A stretch of 63,928 bases of DNA, counting the filler, from Octopus bimaculoides (lineage: Eukaryota), in assembly GCF_001194135.2 (NCBI RefSeq). It is 8 parts of 7 records of this genome, joined end to end, with 100 filler letters (N's around TTAATTAATTAA, not from the genome) between each part and the next. Parts side by side here need not be neighbours in the genome. Positions count along the whole stretch, not along the records: positions 24,619 to 30,489 come from NC_068996.1; positions 30,590 to 34,892 come from NC_068993.1; positions 34,993 to 40,341 come from NC_068986.1; 5 more parts are not named here. One strand, written 5' to 3'. Of the stretch, positions 24,619 to 37,436 are shown piece by piece. The notes beneath the pieces are model-generated. The model was given only the letters and a program-made list of their open reading frames with translations. It searched no databases and had not been told where the DNA came from. A program made the position numbers and the translations under genes. How positions within the stretch are numbered: the first letter of the stretch is position 1; each line of letters opens with the position of its first letter.

Positions 24619-26893
24619 CTCGGACCATTGCCGGGCAAGAGTAGCCACCCTACTTGTTATCTCGTCCCAGTTCTTCTCCGTTTGAAGGTCCGGACCAAAC
24701 GAGACCCCGAGCAACTCGACCGGACCGTCGGTCCAGCGTCCCGCAACAGAGGCGCAGCTGGACGGCATGGGCTTACTTCTCCAGGTGCCGAGTCGCAAGC
24801 CCACTGACTTTTCCCAGTTGATTTTTGCACCTGTTACCACTTAGTAGTCTTTCAGTGTCTCGCCTACCAGCTTGATGTGTTCTTGGCTAGACACTATGAC
24901 GGTGACGTCGTCCGCGTATGTGGACACGCTCGTCCCGCATCCCAATTCTCGCGGGATGCTCCTCAGCGTCGCCAGCTTCCGTAACAGTGGCACGAGAGTC
25001 AATACATAGAGAAGCGACAAGAGGGAGCATCCCTGACGGACCAAACGTGCAATGTTGAAAGGTCTCGATAGATGCCCTTTCACGCGAATTGATAAGGCAG
25101 TTATCCAAGCGCGGAAGACAGGGCCGAAACCAGCCGCTATGAGGACAGCCTCCAAGTATCGATGGTCCACCCTATCGAAAGCTTTGGATTGATCCAAATT
25201 GATCAGAGCCCCACCTATGCCAGATTCCTTAACTACTCTGTCTATGATGTAGCGCATCAGGTGGAGGTTGTTATGGATGCTCCGGCCTGGCACGGTGCAC
25301 GTTTACGTCTTGTCGACCAGTTTCTCGATGACAAGCACCAATCTCTTGGCTAACACCTTGGCCAAAATTTTGAAGTCTGCATTGAGCAGAGTGCTGCGAC
25401 TAAAGTTATCTATTACGTCACCCTTGTTTGGATCTTCCTTCAACAGCGTTACGGCTCCTCGGCTCACAAAACCGGGGATGCTCCCGTTTTGCTGTCAGTT
25501 GCAGTACACTGCTGTCAAGACGTCTCCAAATAAGTCTGGCATACAACTGTAAAACTCATAGGGTAGACAATCCAAACCCGGCGATTTGTCCCTCGAGCAT
25601 TCTGCCATCGCGTTCCGCACTTCCGCCGCCATGATGGCACCTTCGCAGCACCTTGCCTCTCTTGTCGAGAATCGTGGCAGGCTGTGCAGGTAGACACTGA
25701 AGTCCACCCTGCGTTCTCGTTCGCCACTCGTCCCGAACAGACGGGCAAAATGCTGCTGAAAGGCCTCACACATTTTACTCGGCTCGAGTAATTCGCGCCC
25801 TTATTCATCTACCAAAGACCGAATGGTGGCTTTGTTGCCCAGCTGCGTCTCCGCCACCCGGGCCTCTCACGCGGCTCCAACACCTTCGTTTTTTAGAGCA
25901 CGCATCCTAGGCCTGACAACACACTCTTCGTGTTTGGCGTTGAAGTGTTGGTCGAGGGCGAACTTCGCCGCCAAAACGTCGGATCCGATGCCACTTCTAA
26001 TCGCCTCTTCTAGCTTCTTAACGAGGTCACCCTCTACTCTCTATCTATGGCTAGTGCTTTGCTATACGTCATTGCTTCTGCTTTTATTGCTCTCTTGAGG
26101 GCGAACTACCATTTGTTATTGATGATAGCTCCCGTCAAAGCCCTCTTTACTAGCGTGCTACTCCGGTCTCTGAAAACCTGTCTGGACGGGAAAGACACGT
26201 TTAGTTTTTAGTAACTGGGACCCTGCCTATGTGTCTTATCTAAGTCTAGCGTACACGTCACAAGTTTGTGGTCCATGTAGCTGACTATGTGGAATTGTGG
26301 ACACCCTACACTATCTCTATCTACTCTCCTACACAGTATTCTATCTAGATACGATCTCGACGACCCGATGCGGTTGCCCCATGTCCAAGTTGGAGCATTT
26401 GGGTGGTCGAGTCGGTACCTGTCAGCCAGTTGAAAGCGTCTGAGCAGGTCTCTGAGGCATTTGCATCCCCGTCTATTTCTATCTCTGCCCACGTAGTCTA
26501 GATGCGTGTCCAAGGTAGCATTCCAGTCCCCCACTAAAAGTAAAGGACGAGACGTTCCTATGAATACTTCTAGACGTCGAAAGAAATCCGGCCGACCTGT
26601 TAAAGGCGGTGCATAGACTGATATGAGTCGAAAAGCACACCCATCGCTGCCGTCGACATCCAGGACGACCAGTCTACCCTCCGGGGCTACGAATGTTGTC
26701 TTTTCGGCAGACAGGGAGAAAAATTAATGTTAAACTGTCTTTCAAACATGGACTTTAGAGCCCGCGGCTCATGGAGTGTGGTCTCACTTATGGCTATGAT
26801 TTCTAATTCATGTGACTTTATGTGGTTTAAGAGGTACCCTTGTTTCCAAGGAGACTCCAAGCCACGCACATTCACACAACCAATCTTGGGCAT
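24619..26893 (-). pseudogene. Tx1/L1 ORF2 (APE endonuclease + reverse transcriptase), disrupted
   Basis: APE motifs: KIGCVNVRG, IIAISET, GDWNATLD, SYLDRILC, DHKLV. RT motifs: KSPGLDCLP, LLNADFKILAKVL, NLDQSKAFDRV, VRQGCSL, YADD, GAKINWEKS. Confidence 0.93.
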
Positions 26894-26989
26894 AATGATG
26901 TGTGTATTTAAACACTAACGATAGGAACAGAGAGTCACTTACCGTGCGAAAGTTTTTGTGTCTTCTCCAGATTTTCCTCGAGGAGATCG

Positions 26990-28313
26990 CTATAGAGTTT
27001 TTTGGAAGAGTATTTCTGGCATCTTCCAACAGCGTTGGGGTAAATGGATTTTAGCATGTAGTGCAGGGCTGGTGTGATGTGCAATATTTTGATGCGTTCT
27101 AGGCGATGTTGTGTATGAGTGGTTGCTTGTTTTTATGTCTTCGTGTGTAATATTTGTTTTTGTATTGATGTATTCCATCAGCTCTGTATTTTTCGTGTTG
27201 ATGGCAGTGAGCATTGTGGGTGTGTTTGTTTTTGAGGTTTTGTTGTTGGTGTGCTAGTTGTGTGAGCTAGTGTTGGTGTTGGGAGTGTTTTCGAGAGTTG
27301 TGTATCTCCCAGCTTTGTTGGTGTTGGCTTTTGTTCTTTTTGTGCTCCTCTTCCTCCTTCCTTTTCTGGCTATTTGCCATTCCTCGCTGGTTTCTGAGGA
27401 ATCGGACGGGGGTAAGGGAATGTTGTAGGCTTCTATGGGTGTTTGTGTAGGTGGTTGTGTTGTTGTTTTCGTTGATGCTGGTTGTTGGCTGTTTGTATGT
27501 GGTGCATTTAATATAGGGGAAGCGGTATCAGTTTTTTTTGTTTTCTTTTGGTCTTTCGGTTTCTTTAGTTCTTACTGTTGTTGTTGTCCTTGGTGGTGGT
27601 GGTGTTTTTCCAGGTGCTGGTGTATGTTCATTTGTTGGCGTTGGCATGCTTGGTTTGTGTGTTTCTTCTATGTTGATGGTGATCTGGGTAGCAAGGGCTC
27701 TTTTTTCCTTTCGCTTTTTCCTTGTTGGGGTAGTTGTTCTTTTTCTTGTTTTTGTTGTTCCATTGCTGTTGGGCACTTGATTTTGAGGTGTTCTTCGCTT
27801 CCACAAAAGTAACATCGAGGCCTCCTACATTCTACCACCACGTATAGGTTGTGGTCGTCTGGCAGCACAATTTGATGTGGAATACTATTGTTTGAGTTCT
27901 GATCTATCTCCATCAAGGCCTGAATCATTTTACCGAACCAATTTTGCTTTTCTAAGGCAGAAATCTCTAGAATGTTTATGTTCTCCTCCATATTGTAACA
28001 AATGGCGGATAACAGCCATTGTGTTTCTACTTCCGGAAGGACATTTTTGACGGAGATTTTAGTCACGTGTTGTCCAAGGTAAGTCAGAACCAAAATTAGT
28101 TTCTCAGACTGTAGGGTTAGGGTTGAGCGGTCCTTTGCTTTTTCTTCGTTGTTGAAGCGAACTTGTATCGTTGCATATTTGTTCCACCAGGTGGTGGTGG
28201 TGTCGCTAGCAGAGGAGGCAGCTGTAGCAGCAGATGTTGTTGAAGTGATGGCGTTGGTGTTGACGGCAGAGTCTTTGGTGGCGGTGATGGTGAATGATCT
28301 AGAGACCTTGGTT

Positions 28314-28357
<44 letters not shown>

Positions 28358-28690
28358 GATGGTGACGGTGCCGGCGGCGGCGGCAGCGGTGGTGGTGGTG
28401 GTGGTGTCGGTAGCTGAGGAGGCAGTTGTAGCAGCAGTAGTGGTAGCGTCGGTGTTGGAGGCAGAGTCTTCGGTGGCGATGATGGTGGATGGCATTGCGA
28501 TCTTGGTTTTGTTATTGTTGTTGTTGCTGTTGTTGTTGGTGGTGGTGGTGATGGTGACAGTGGCGTTCAAGCTGTTAGGTTCAGGAAATAGTGGTGGGGG
28601 AAGGCTAGGAAAGTCTTCCTCTTTTGTTTGTGCAGCTTCGCTGGTGTCACACGTCACTTGCATGCTAGCCTCATGGTGTCCGGTAGCCAT
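26990..28690 (-). pseudogene. Tx1/L1 ORF1 (gag-like); open 28690-27668, continuing through frameshifts/stops to ~26990
   Basis: CYFCGSEEHLKIKC = CX2CX4HX4C. Downstream frames give the Thr/Pro/Lys-rich tail with EEWQIARKGRRKR. The N-terminus is poly-Thr/Asn/Ala. Confidence 0.85.
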
Positions 28691-28907
28691 TTTCGAAAAA
28701 ATATCGCTAAAGTAAAACCACGATGTCCTTCAAAATTTTGGAAATTTCGCCCACACAGGGGCGAAATTTTATGTAGATGTTAATAAAGTTTTGGGGTGAA
28801 TGTTGTTGCACAACATTTAGACACAAAATATTCAAAAATAAATACATTTAAACATACAAAATGACCAACATACGTGGAGCCCATTCGACTAGCGTCCGTC
28901 CATGACG

Positions 28908-28909
<2 letters not shown>

Positions 28910-28995
<86 letters not shown>

Positions 28996-29134
28996 GTGGA
29001 TGGATTGATGAATGGATGGACATTACAAGATATATAGAGAGAGAAAGAGAAGGAGAGAGAGAGAGAGAAGGAGAGAGAGAGAGAAGGAGAGAGAGAGAGA
29101 AGGAGAGAGAGAGAGAAGGAAAGAGAGAGAGAAG

Positions 29135-29176
<42 letters not shown>

Positions 29177-29452
29177 GTAAAGTATAATATGTAAAAGATA
29201 AGTATATATACATACATACATAGGCGTAGGTGTGGATGTGCAGTAAAAGAAAAAGATATATACATATATACATAAATATACTGAGAGAGGGAAACAAAAC
29301 AGAACAACACAGACATGCATATGTATGTATGAAAGATAGGTAGGTAGGTAGGTAGGTAGGTAGGTAGGTAGGTAGGTAGGTATGCATGTATGCATGTATC
29401 ATGTGTGTATGTGTGCATGTATGTACGTAAGCATGCATGCATTTATGTATGC

Positions 29453-29500
<48 letters not shown>
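28910..29500. repeat. Compound (GATA)n, (GA)n, (TAGG)n, (TATG)n microsatellites
   Basis: Directly visible. Confidence 0.92.
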
Positions 29501-29502
<2 letters not shown>

Positions 29503-30178
29503 CTATACATGCGTCATTTATGCATATGTTTGTAACTATAGCATTCATCTCTATTCGTTTCATTATGATGTTAAAATAACCTTATGAATAAGTACACATT
29601 GTCAGGAAATTGTGTCATCAATTTAAGATCGCATTATACGCATGTATTTCTACGGACACACGAATACATACTATCCAGAACCATGTATATATGAACTGAG
29701 TAAAGAAACTGACAGAGAAAATGTTCACACAGAAATACATCTTAGAAGCGTTATACAATGAGACAAACACACAGACACATACCAGACACACACGCACTCA
29801 AATATCCTCATGTATCATATTATATAGTTATGATATCCATGAGCCTACTCCTCCGCAGAAACATGCTCAAAGATAACTTTAGCATGTTGTTGGTATTGAT
29901 ATTTAGTCAAAAGTCAGTAATGAAGCAAGTATACTTAGAGTCTAAGACGATCCAACCATGGTCTTCACGTGTTATTTCGGCTATTTTATATATAAAATCT
30001 ACTTGAAACGATATTTGGACGTACTTTCAGGGATACTTGATAGTTATTTTTCGCTGGCCAAGAGTCGTGGGGAGGCTGTATGTTTAAATGCGCGTATAAA
30101 CATGTGTATGTGTGTACACACACACACTCGTACTACATACAGATATGCACACACGAACACGCACACACACGAACACAA

Positions 30179-30228
<50 letters not shown>

Positions 30229-30229
30229 G

Positions 30230-30489
30230 TTGCAGCACATAATTCTAAAGTTCTTAAGACAGGCATGAATGGAATGAATAGGGATGAGGACCCTCACTTA
30301 GGTAATAATATTATAGGTTCTAAAATTGAGGTAACTGAGATTAATCCCAGGAGGTTAAAGTTTGAGGGTCCGAACGTGAGATTAAGGAATATAGTGTATC
30401 AGTGTAAGGTTAAGAGTGATACAGATGTTAGTGTTTATGTGGGTTGTTCTTCGAATAAGATTTGTAGGAGAATTTCTTGTCACTTTAAT
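30230..30489 (+). mobile_element. Penelope-like GIY-YIG endonuclease N-terminal fragment
   Basis: AAHNSKVL...LRNIVYQCKVKSDTDVSVYVGCSSNKICRRISCH carries the VY...YVG (GIY-YIG) pair; cut by the linker. Confidence 0.75.
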
Positions 30490-30589
30490 NNNNNNNNNNN
30501 NNNNNNNNNNNNNNNNNNNNNNNNNNNNNNNNNTTAATTAATTAANNNNNNNNNNNNNNNNNNNNNNNNNNNNNNNNNNNNNNNNNNNN
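30490..30589. other. Artificial scaffold-join spacer
   Basis: 44N-TTAATTAATTAA-44N. Confidence 0.97.
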
Positions 30590-30662
<73 letters not shown>

Positions 30663-30768
30663 CACACACACACTCACATGTATACATATATGCATACACA
30701 CACATACACAAACATTCATACACACAGACACATATAAATCTATTATGTATGGGTGAGTGTGTGTGTGT

Positions 30769-30806
<38 letters not shown>

Positions 30807-31227
30807 TGAGTGTATATGTGCATGTACATATAGCATGGATTGGACAGGAGATCAGTTGGATGAGCCATAAGGTGTTTGAGCATCAGGTGTTAAGCAGAAG
30901 TATGAAAATAAGATGTAGAGATAAGACCCTATCGATACTGCTACATTATATGAGACACTACTCTCCATACAATATAGAGTACAAGTGTATATTACAATCA
31001 TTCTATATTAAGTATGATAAATTGGTATTTTACATATTTTGCAGCAGGTAATTGATATAAATTTAAAGTGTAATAAATATTCTTGGCTTTGGCTAGACAT
31101 CTGTCTTATTGATAATGTTGTAACTTCACTAAGTTATATATATATATATATATAGATAGATAGATATAGATATATATATAGACATACATATATACATATA
31201 TATATACATATATAGATATATATATAC

Positions 31228-31262
<35 letters not shown>

Positions 31263-31534
31263 CATACATATATACATATATATATANNNNNNNNNNNNNN
31301 NNNNNNNNNNNNNNNNNNNNNNNNNNNNNNNNNNNNNNNNNNNNNNNNNNNNNNNNNNNNNNNNNNNNNNNNNNNNNNNNNNNNNNNNNNNNNNNNNNNN
31401 NNNNNNNNNNNNNNNNNNNNNNNNNNNNNNNNNNNNNNNNNNNNNNNNNNNNNNNNNNNNNNNNNNNNNNNNNNNNNNNNNNNNNNNNNNNNNNNNNNNN
31501 NNNNNNNNNNNNNNNNNNNNNNNNNNNNNNNNNN

Positions 31535-31571
<37 letters not shown>

Positions 31572-31724
31572 GTATACATTCATTTATATGTGTGTGTGTA
31601 CACAGATTCATACATATGTTTAGCTGTGTGGGTGAGGGTCCATACACACACATGTACTATGTTTGCACATGCATGTACACACATACATTCATACATACAT
31701 ACATACGTACATATGTGTGTATGT

Positions 31725-31925
31725 AAGAGAGAGAAGAGAGAGAAGAAGAGAAAGAAGACGAGACAGAGAGAAGAAGAAGAAGAAAAAGACGAGACAGAGA
31801 AGAAGAAGAAGAAGAAGAAGAAGAAGAAGAAGAAGAAGAAGAAGAAGAAGAAGAAGAAGAAGAAGAGACAGAGAGAAGAAGAAGAAGAAGAAGAAGAAGA
31901 AGAGACAGAGACAGAGAAACAGAGA
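31725..31925. repeat. (AAG)n/(GA)n tract
   Basis: Directly visible; source of the poly-Lys/Glu/Arg ORFs. Confidence 0.92.
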
Positions 31926-31954
31926 GTGAGTGTGTATCTGTGTATCTGTGTCCG

Positions 31955-33075
31955 TGTTGAGAAATTTAGAGAAGTATCAAGTGAATTATTTGATGCAATA
32001 GAGGAACAGAACTTGCAGCACAGTACTTGTAGAAGTTTCTATGAGATAAGCTGCTGAGGGTTACAAACTAAGCCTTTGGCTGGTGTAAGATTCCAGCCAA
32101 ACCAAAGGTGGCATAGTACAGGGGGAAGTGATGTAGAGTGAGTCATAAAAGTGAAGAGAGAGGCTGGAATGACTAGAAGAAAGCAGGTAGAGGAAAACTA
32201 ATATATAATTAGAAGAGAAGCTAAGTGACAAGTGTATTTAACATGGGGTGATATGGAAAGTAAGATGTTTGTCAAGGTTCTTCAGCATGTGGATCTGCAG
32301 CATGAAGTGTTCTGGATTGCAAGGCAGAGGGAACAGAGGTGATATAAGTGTGTGTGAATGGATAATAACACACTTACAAATCCTGGGGGAAAAAGACATG
32401 GAATGCTGAGAAAATGCAAGGTAGAAAGAGTGTCTCCCTAGCGAGGACCCAGTAGATGAACCAGCCATATGAGTAAACAATAGTACGATTGGTAAAACAA
32501 GTAAAATTACAAAGGCAAGAAAACTCCTACTCCACCAGGAAATATTGCCAGATAAGTTGCTGAAAATATTTGGTGGAATAAAATAAGGATTAGTTACCCA
32601 TATAGCTGAACAGCTTAAACATGAAGGGGTTATGCCCAGTGGCTAGCATACCAGCATCATCGTCAATGTTACAAAGGTAAAGGCGATGCTTAGAGAGATA
32701 ATTACAGAAGTATCATATTCCTGGACCAGGTGATGAAAGCTATGGAAAGAATTACAGTTTAATTAATTAGGAAGAGAGTTAGACAAGATAATATGCAGTT
32801 TTATTTTGTGCCAGGTAAAACTACTGATGCTCTCTTCTTAGTGAGACAACTTCAAGAAAGGTATTTAATTAAAAGTAAATTGCTATATGTAACATTCATT
32901 ATGCTTGAGAAAACCTTTAATAGGGCCCTCTTCTCTGTGATCTGGTGGTTGCTGAGGGAACTAGGAGTAGAAGAATGGTTTGTGAGAACCATATAATACA
33001 TGTATAGAGGGGCTTCCGCAAGGAAACTTAACAGTACAACTTCAAATTTAGTGTGCAAATGGGTCGCCCAATGGT
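31955..33075 (+). mobile_element. RTE-X-like LINE relic (pre-RT and RT domains 0-3)
   Basis: Fragments SIIVN..KGKGDA, DQVMKAMERI, MQFYFVPGKTTDALFLVRQLQERYL and LEKTFNR...WWLLRELGVEEWFVR. Confidence 0.85.
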
Positions 33076-33147
33076 CAGTTCTCACACAGCTGGATGAACG
33101 TTTGTCCATCGGTCCATCTGTCTGTCTGTTATATATGTGTATATAGG

Positions 33148-33295
33148 TGTAGGCATGGCTGTGTAGATAAGGCATTTGCCTCTCAATCACATGGTTTTGG
33201 GGTCAGTCCCACAGTGCAGCACCTTGTGCAAGTATCTTCTACTATAGTTTTGAGTCTGCAAAAGCCTTGTGAGTGAATTTGGTAAGCATAAGTTT
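33148..33295 (+). mobile_element. tRNA-derived SINE family A head
   Basis: GGCATGGCTGTGTAG...CACATGGTTTTGGGGTCAGTCCCAC...AAAGCCTTGTGAGTGAATTTGGTA. Confidence 0.75.
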
Positions 33296-33434
33296 CATTG
33301 GGTGTATATGTGCGTGTAAAAGTGCTTCTGCTTCCTTCGATTAAATATATATATATATATGTATGTATGTATGTTTGTATGTATGTATGTATGTATAAAT
33401 TAAATAATGAGGGTAGAAATTAATATTGATTGAA

Positions 33435-33753
33435 TTAATATCAATTTAAACCGGTGGCCTAGCATATTTAAAAAATCTAAAGACTAAGAAAATTATATGA
33501 CATCGATATAAAGAGGAATGACCACTAGGTGGATTCCTAATATACTAGAAGAAGACCCCAGATGGTCTAACCACGAAGAAAATTGTTCTCAAGAAATTTT
33601 GGCAAACACCAGAACGTGGTTAGACTATTTGAGGTCTTCTAGTATATTTAGGAATCCACCTGGTGGTCATTCCTCTTTATATATATGTAATATAATTTTC
33701 TTAATCTTTGGATTTTTTAAATATGCTAGGCCACTGGTTTAAATTGATATTAA
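33435..33753. repeat. Fold-back: ~140-bp inverted arms (~90% complementary), ~39-nt loop
   Basis: Left arm TTAATATCAATTTAAACCGGTGGCCTAGC...GTCTAACCACG (33435-33575); right arm CGTGGTTAGAC...GCTAGGCCACTGGTTTAAATTGATATTAA (33615-33753). Confidence 0.95.
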
Positions 33754-33756
33754 CTT

Positions 33757-34892
33757 CTCAATGTGGCTTCTGATCTGTTAGAGGGACAATGGATATGATT
33801 TTCACAGCAAGACAGATGCAGGAGAAGTGCCATGAGCAGAATATGGATCTTGTGCAGATATTCATTGATTTAACAAAGGCCTTTGATACTGTAAATAGGG
33901 CCTTTCTATGGAAAATACTTGGCAAACTTAGATGTCCGGATCACTTTGCATCTATAATTAAATTATTTCATGATGGGATGGAGGCTTGGGTCAATGTTGG
34001 TGGTGGCATGGTGGGACCCATTCCTCTAGAGAATGGTGTCAAGGAGGGTGACATCCTTGCCCCAACTCTCTTTTCTTTGTACTTTGCTGCTGCTTTTACT
34101 CATGCTTTTGCTAAGGTTAGCTCTCTGGGAATATATGTCAGATATCGATCTTCTGGCCACCTCTTTAATCTTCGCCAATTTGCTGCCAATTCAAAGGTTC
34201 TCCAGTCATTTATTCATGACCTCCTTTATGCAGATGACTGTGACTTAGTCACTCATACAATGGATGACATGTAAATACTCATGAATTGCATTTCTGCTTC
34301 TTGCAAGGCATTTGGACTTAGCATTAGCATGGTCAAGACTGTTGTAATGTTCCAGCCTGCACCAGGAAATCCATATGTGAAACCAGCTATCTTGGTTGAA
34401 GGAACAATTCTGAAGGTAGTAGACAAGTTTGTCTACTTGGGCAGCACACTCAGCCGTTCTTGCTCTCTGGATGAGGAAATATCTTCCAGGTTGCAGAGAG
34501 CAACTAATTCCTTACGGTCTCTTCAGTCTCATGTCTGGTCCCATGCATGTGTACCATGCATGTGTACTGACATCGCTCCTCTACTCATGTGAGACATGGA
34601 CTCTGTACAAACGTCAGGTAAGGGTCCTTGAATGCTTTCATCAGAGATGTCTCAGGCACATTCTCAATGTTGGCTGGACCTCAAAAATTCCAGACACACA
34701 GATCCTGAGGACAGCTGATATCTTGAGTATTGAGGCGATGGTGCACAAACACCGGTTATGTTGGACTGGACACCTTATTAGAATGAAGGATAGCAGGATT
34801 CCTAAGCAGATGCTATATGGAGAACTTGTGAATGGAAGGAGACTCCAGCAGAAACCAAGGCTGCATTTTAAGGACTGTGTCAAGTCCTCATT
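33757..34892 (+). mobile_element. RTE (BovB-like) LINE RT region; few disruptions, cut by linker
   Basis: SQCGF..RGTMDMIFTARQMQEK, FIDLTKAFDTV, GVKEGDILAPTLF, LLYADD, FVYLGS, YSCETW and WTGHLIRM...KQMLYGEL. Confidence 0.95.
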
Positions 34893-34992
34893 NNNNNNNN
34901 NNNNNNNNNNNNNNNNNNNNNNNNNNNNNNNNNNNNTTAATTAATTAANNNNNNNNNNNNNNNNNNNNNNNNNNNNNNNNNNNNNNNNNNNN
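34893..34992. other. Artificial scaffold-join spacer
   Basis: 44N-TTAATTAATTAA-44N. Confidence 0.97.
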
Positions 34993-35007
34993 TATATATA
35001 TATATAT

Positions 35008-35042
<35 letters not shown>

Positions 35043-35589
35043 TATGCATGTATGTATGTATACGTACACATATATAGAAATATAGTTGCGTATCTATATA
35101 CAGATACATACATCTAAACATGCATACATGCACACAAACATAAGCACACCTATAAAACGTACGCCCTCAACGAGACGACCTCGATTTCTGTTCCTATCAT
35201 TCTGTTGCTCTGTTGCAGAAAACGCGAGCAAACTTGAATGCTGGCACGCATACTAACATGCATTCAGTCGCAACTCCGTTCCAATCATCGATTGGAAAGC
35301 TGTGGAAGGAGGCTTTAGCGTGTTGGTTATGTCACGTGTAGAGGAAACTGGTTCGTTTATCATTGTGTTTCCTGCTTCTTTCCCGTGAGGCGTTTCAACT
35401 TACTTCAATCTCTGTCTCTCATTCTTCTTTCCTTACGTCTGCCTCCTCTCTCTCTCTCTCTCTCTTCTCCATCTTTCTATATCATATCTCTCTAACATTT
35501 TCATTATCTTTTATTTACTCTACCCCTCTCTCTTTCTGCCTATCTATATATCTGTCTGTCAATTTGTCTGCCTGTCTGTCTGTGTCTGT

Positions 35590-35654
<65 letters not shown>

Positions 35655-35802
35655 CGTTTCTCTGTCTATCTGGTTCTCTGCCTATCTGTATGATTATATG
35701 ATTATATCTGTCTGTTTGCATTTTCACCTAAGTTCATGCAATTTTATACATGCATGTGTATTTGACATTTCCATGTAAGTATTATTTAGCTGTCTATATA
35801 GG

Positions 35803-35835
<33 letters not shown>

Positions 35836-35938
35836 NNNNNNNNNNNNNNNNNNNNNNNNNNNNNNNNNNNNNNNNNNNNNNNNNNNNNNNNNNNNNNNNN
35901 NNNNNNNNNNNNNNNNNNNNNNNNNNNNNNNNNNNNNN

Positions 35939-35990
<52 letters not shown>

Positions 35991-36039
35991 GCTCTTTTAT
36001 GTATTTCAGCCCAAAAGCTGTTGTCGTGCTGGGGTACCG

Positions 36040-37092
36040 GCAGTGTGTTTTTCACCTGTCCAACGGTTATTCTTTAGTGATTGACATTTGGTGAAAGAAG
36101 GTATACGATATGGCCGTGATCTAGGTTCATCTGGGACCTTGGACAGCAGGAGATCAAGTTATTTCTTCAAAACATATACCCCAACATTACGTAGATCTCT
36201 CAGATATTTTGGCAATATATTAAATAATCCTAGGTCCTTGTTTCCCAAGCTATTCCAGTACATGCTTCTCCCTCTAGATGGGATGGCTGTGTTCTGTGAA
36301 CAGTGCAGTGACGTACATGTATATTTCGCTCTATATTTTTCCCGTCTCCGCTCTAAGGAGTAGAGATGTAACTCTTTCAATCTCTCCCAGTAGTTCAACT
36401 ATATCTTGCTGCACTCTTCCTGGTGTAGTTCCGCTGAACTGCCACACGTTCCGCTATTAATTTGGCACTTTGTGGTAACCTCAATTGAGAGTAGTAGTCG
36501 AGACAACTAAATGTAAACGTTCTCCAATGTCTTTCATAGCATCAACATAGTTTCCTGGTCTCGTCTTTCGAAAGTTCTCAGAACTCATCCGGCCCCTCGC
36601 CTGCGTATTGCCACTATCTTGGTAATATGCATGTGAAACGAGGTGTTGTTGTTTATATCAGCTCCCAGATCACGCACTGTACTTAACTGGGATTGCCGCT
36701 CATTTTGGTCCATAGTGTCTGTATTGCGGCATGTTAACACAAGCTGGCTGAAAGTAATGGCTTCGAATTTTCCTGCATTAAATTGCATGTTTTCTCTAGC
36801 TCATTATTATGGCATCCAGGTCCAGGTCTTTCTGTAGATGAAAGCATTGAAAGGTTCCTGTGGTATGTAAGTGTGACATGTAACAGATAGCATGTCCAAA
36901 AGAGCTACCATAAAAAGCAGCCACCCAAAATGACAGTTCTCTAAGGCACTCCACTCCCTAACCTGGTTTCTGTCTTTTAAGAAGTCATATAAACACTTTC
37001 CAGTTTTCCAACAATGGCAAGTCTCTGTAGCTTGTGACATATAGTCCTAAGATCAAACTTATCAAAGCCCTTTGCAAAGTCAAGATACATGC
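36040..37092 (-). mobile_element. CR1/L2-type LINE relic (RT to C-terminus)
   Basis: MYLDFAKGFDKFD, YDFLKDRNQV, MQFNAGKFE, VRDLG and NYWERLKELHLYSLERRRE. Confidence 0.85.
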
Positions 37093-37436
37093 ACTTGATG
37101 AATAAATAAATAAATAGATAAATAATAATAGTAATAATAATAGTAATAATAACAACAACAACAACAACAACAACAACAATAATAATAATAATAATAATAT
37201 CAAAATTAAAAGAAGATTGACATTGTTATCTAGTGAAAGATATTTCGACATCTTCTGTGTCGTCAACTGGTTCAAAAAATAAAGTTGTCAATCTACTTCA
37301 TTTTGGTTAATATATAAATATATAAATAGATAATTGAGGTTACTCCTCCTGAAGATATAGAGTCAAAATTAAAAGAAGAGTGCCTTTGTTATCTAGTCAT
37401 TATTAAGCTATGCAGTAATTTTGGGAGCTGTACTTT

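Larger units (their letters stand above)
24619..28910 (-). mobile_element. L1/Tx1-clade non-LTR retrotransposon: 5'UTR + ORF1 + ORF2, 3' end cut by scaffold end
   Basis: Gag-like ORF1 with CCHC knuckle followed by APE-RT ORF2; multiple stops and frameshifts. Confidence 0.93.
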
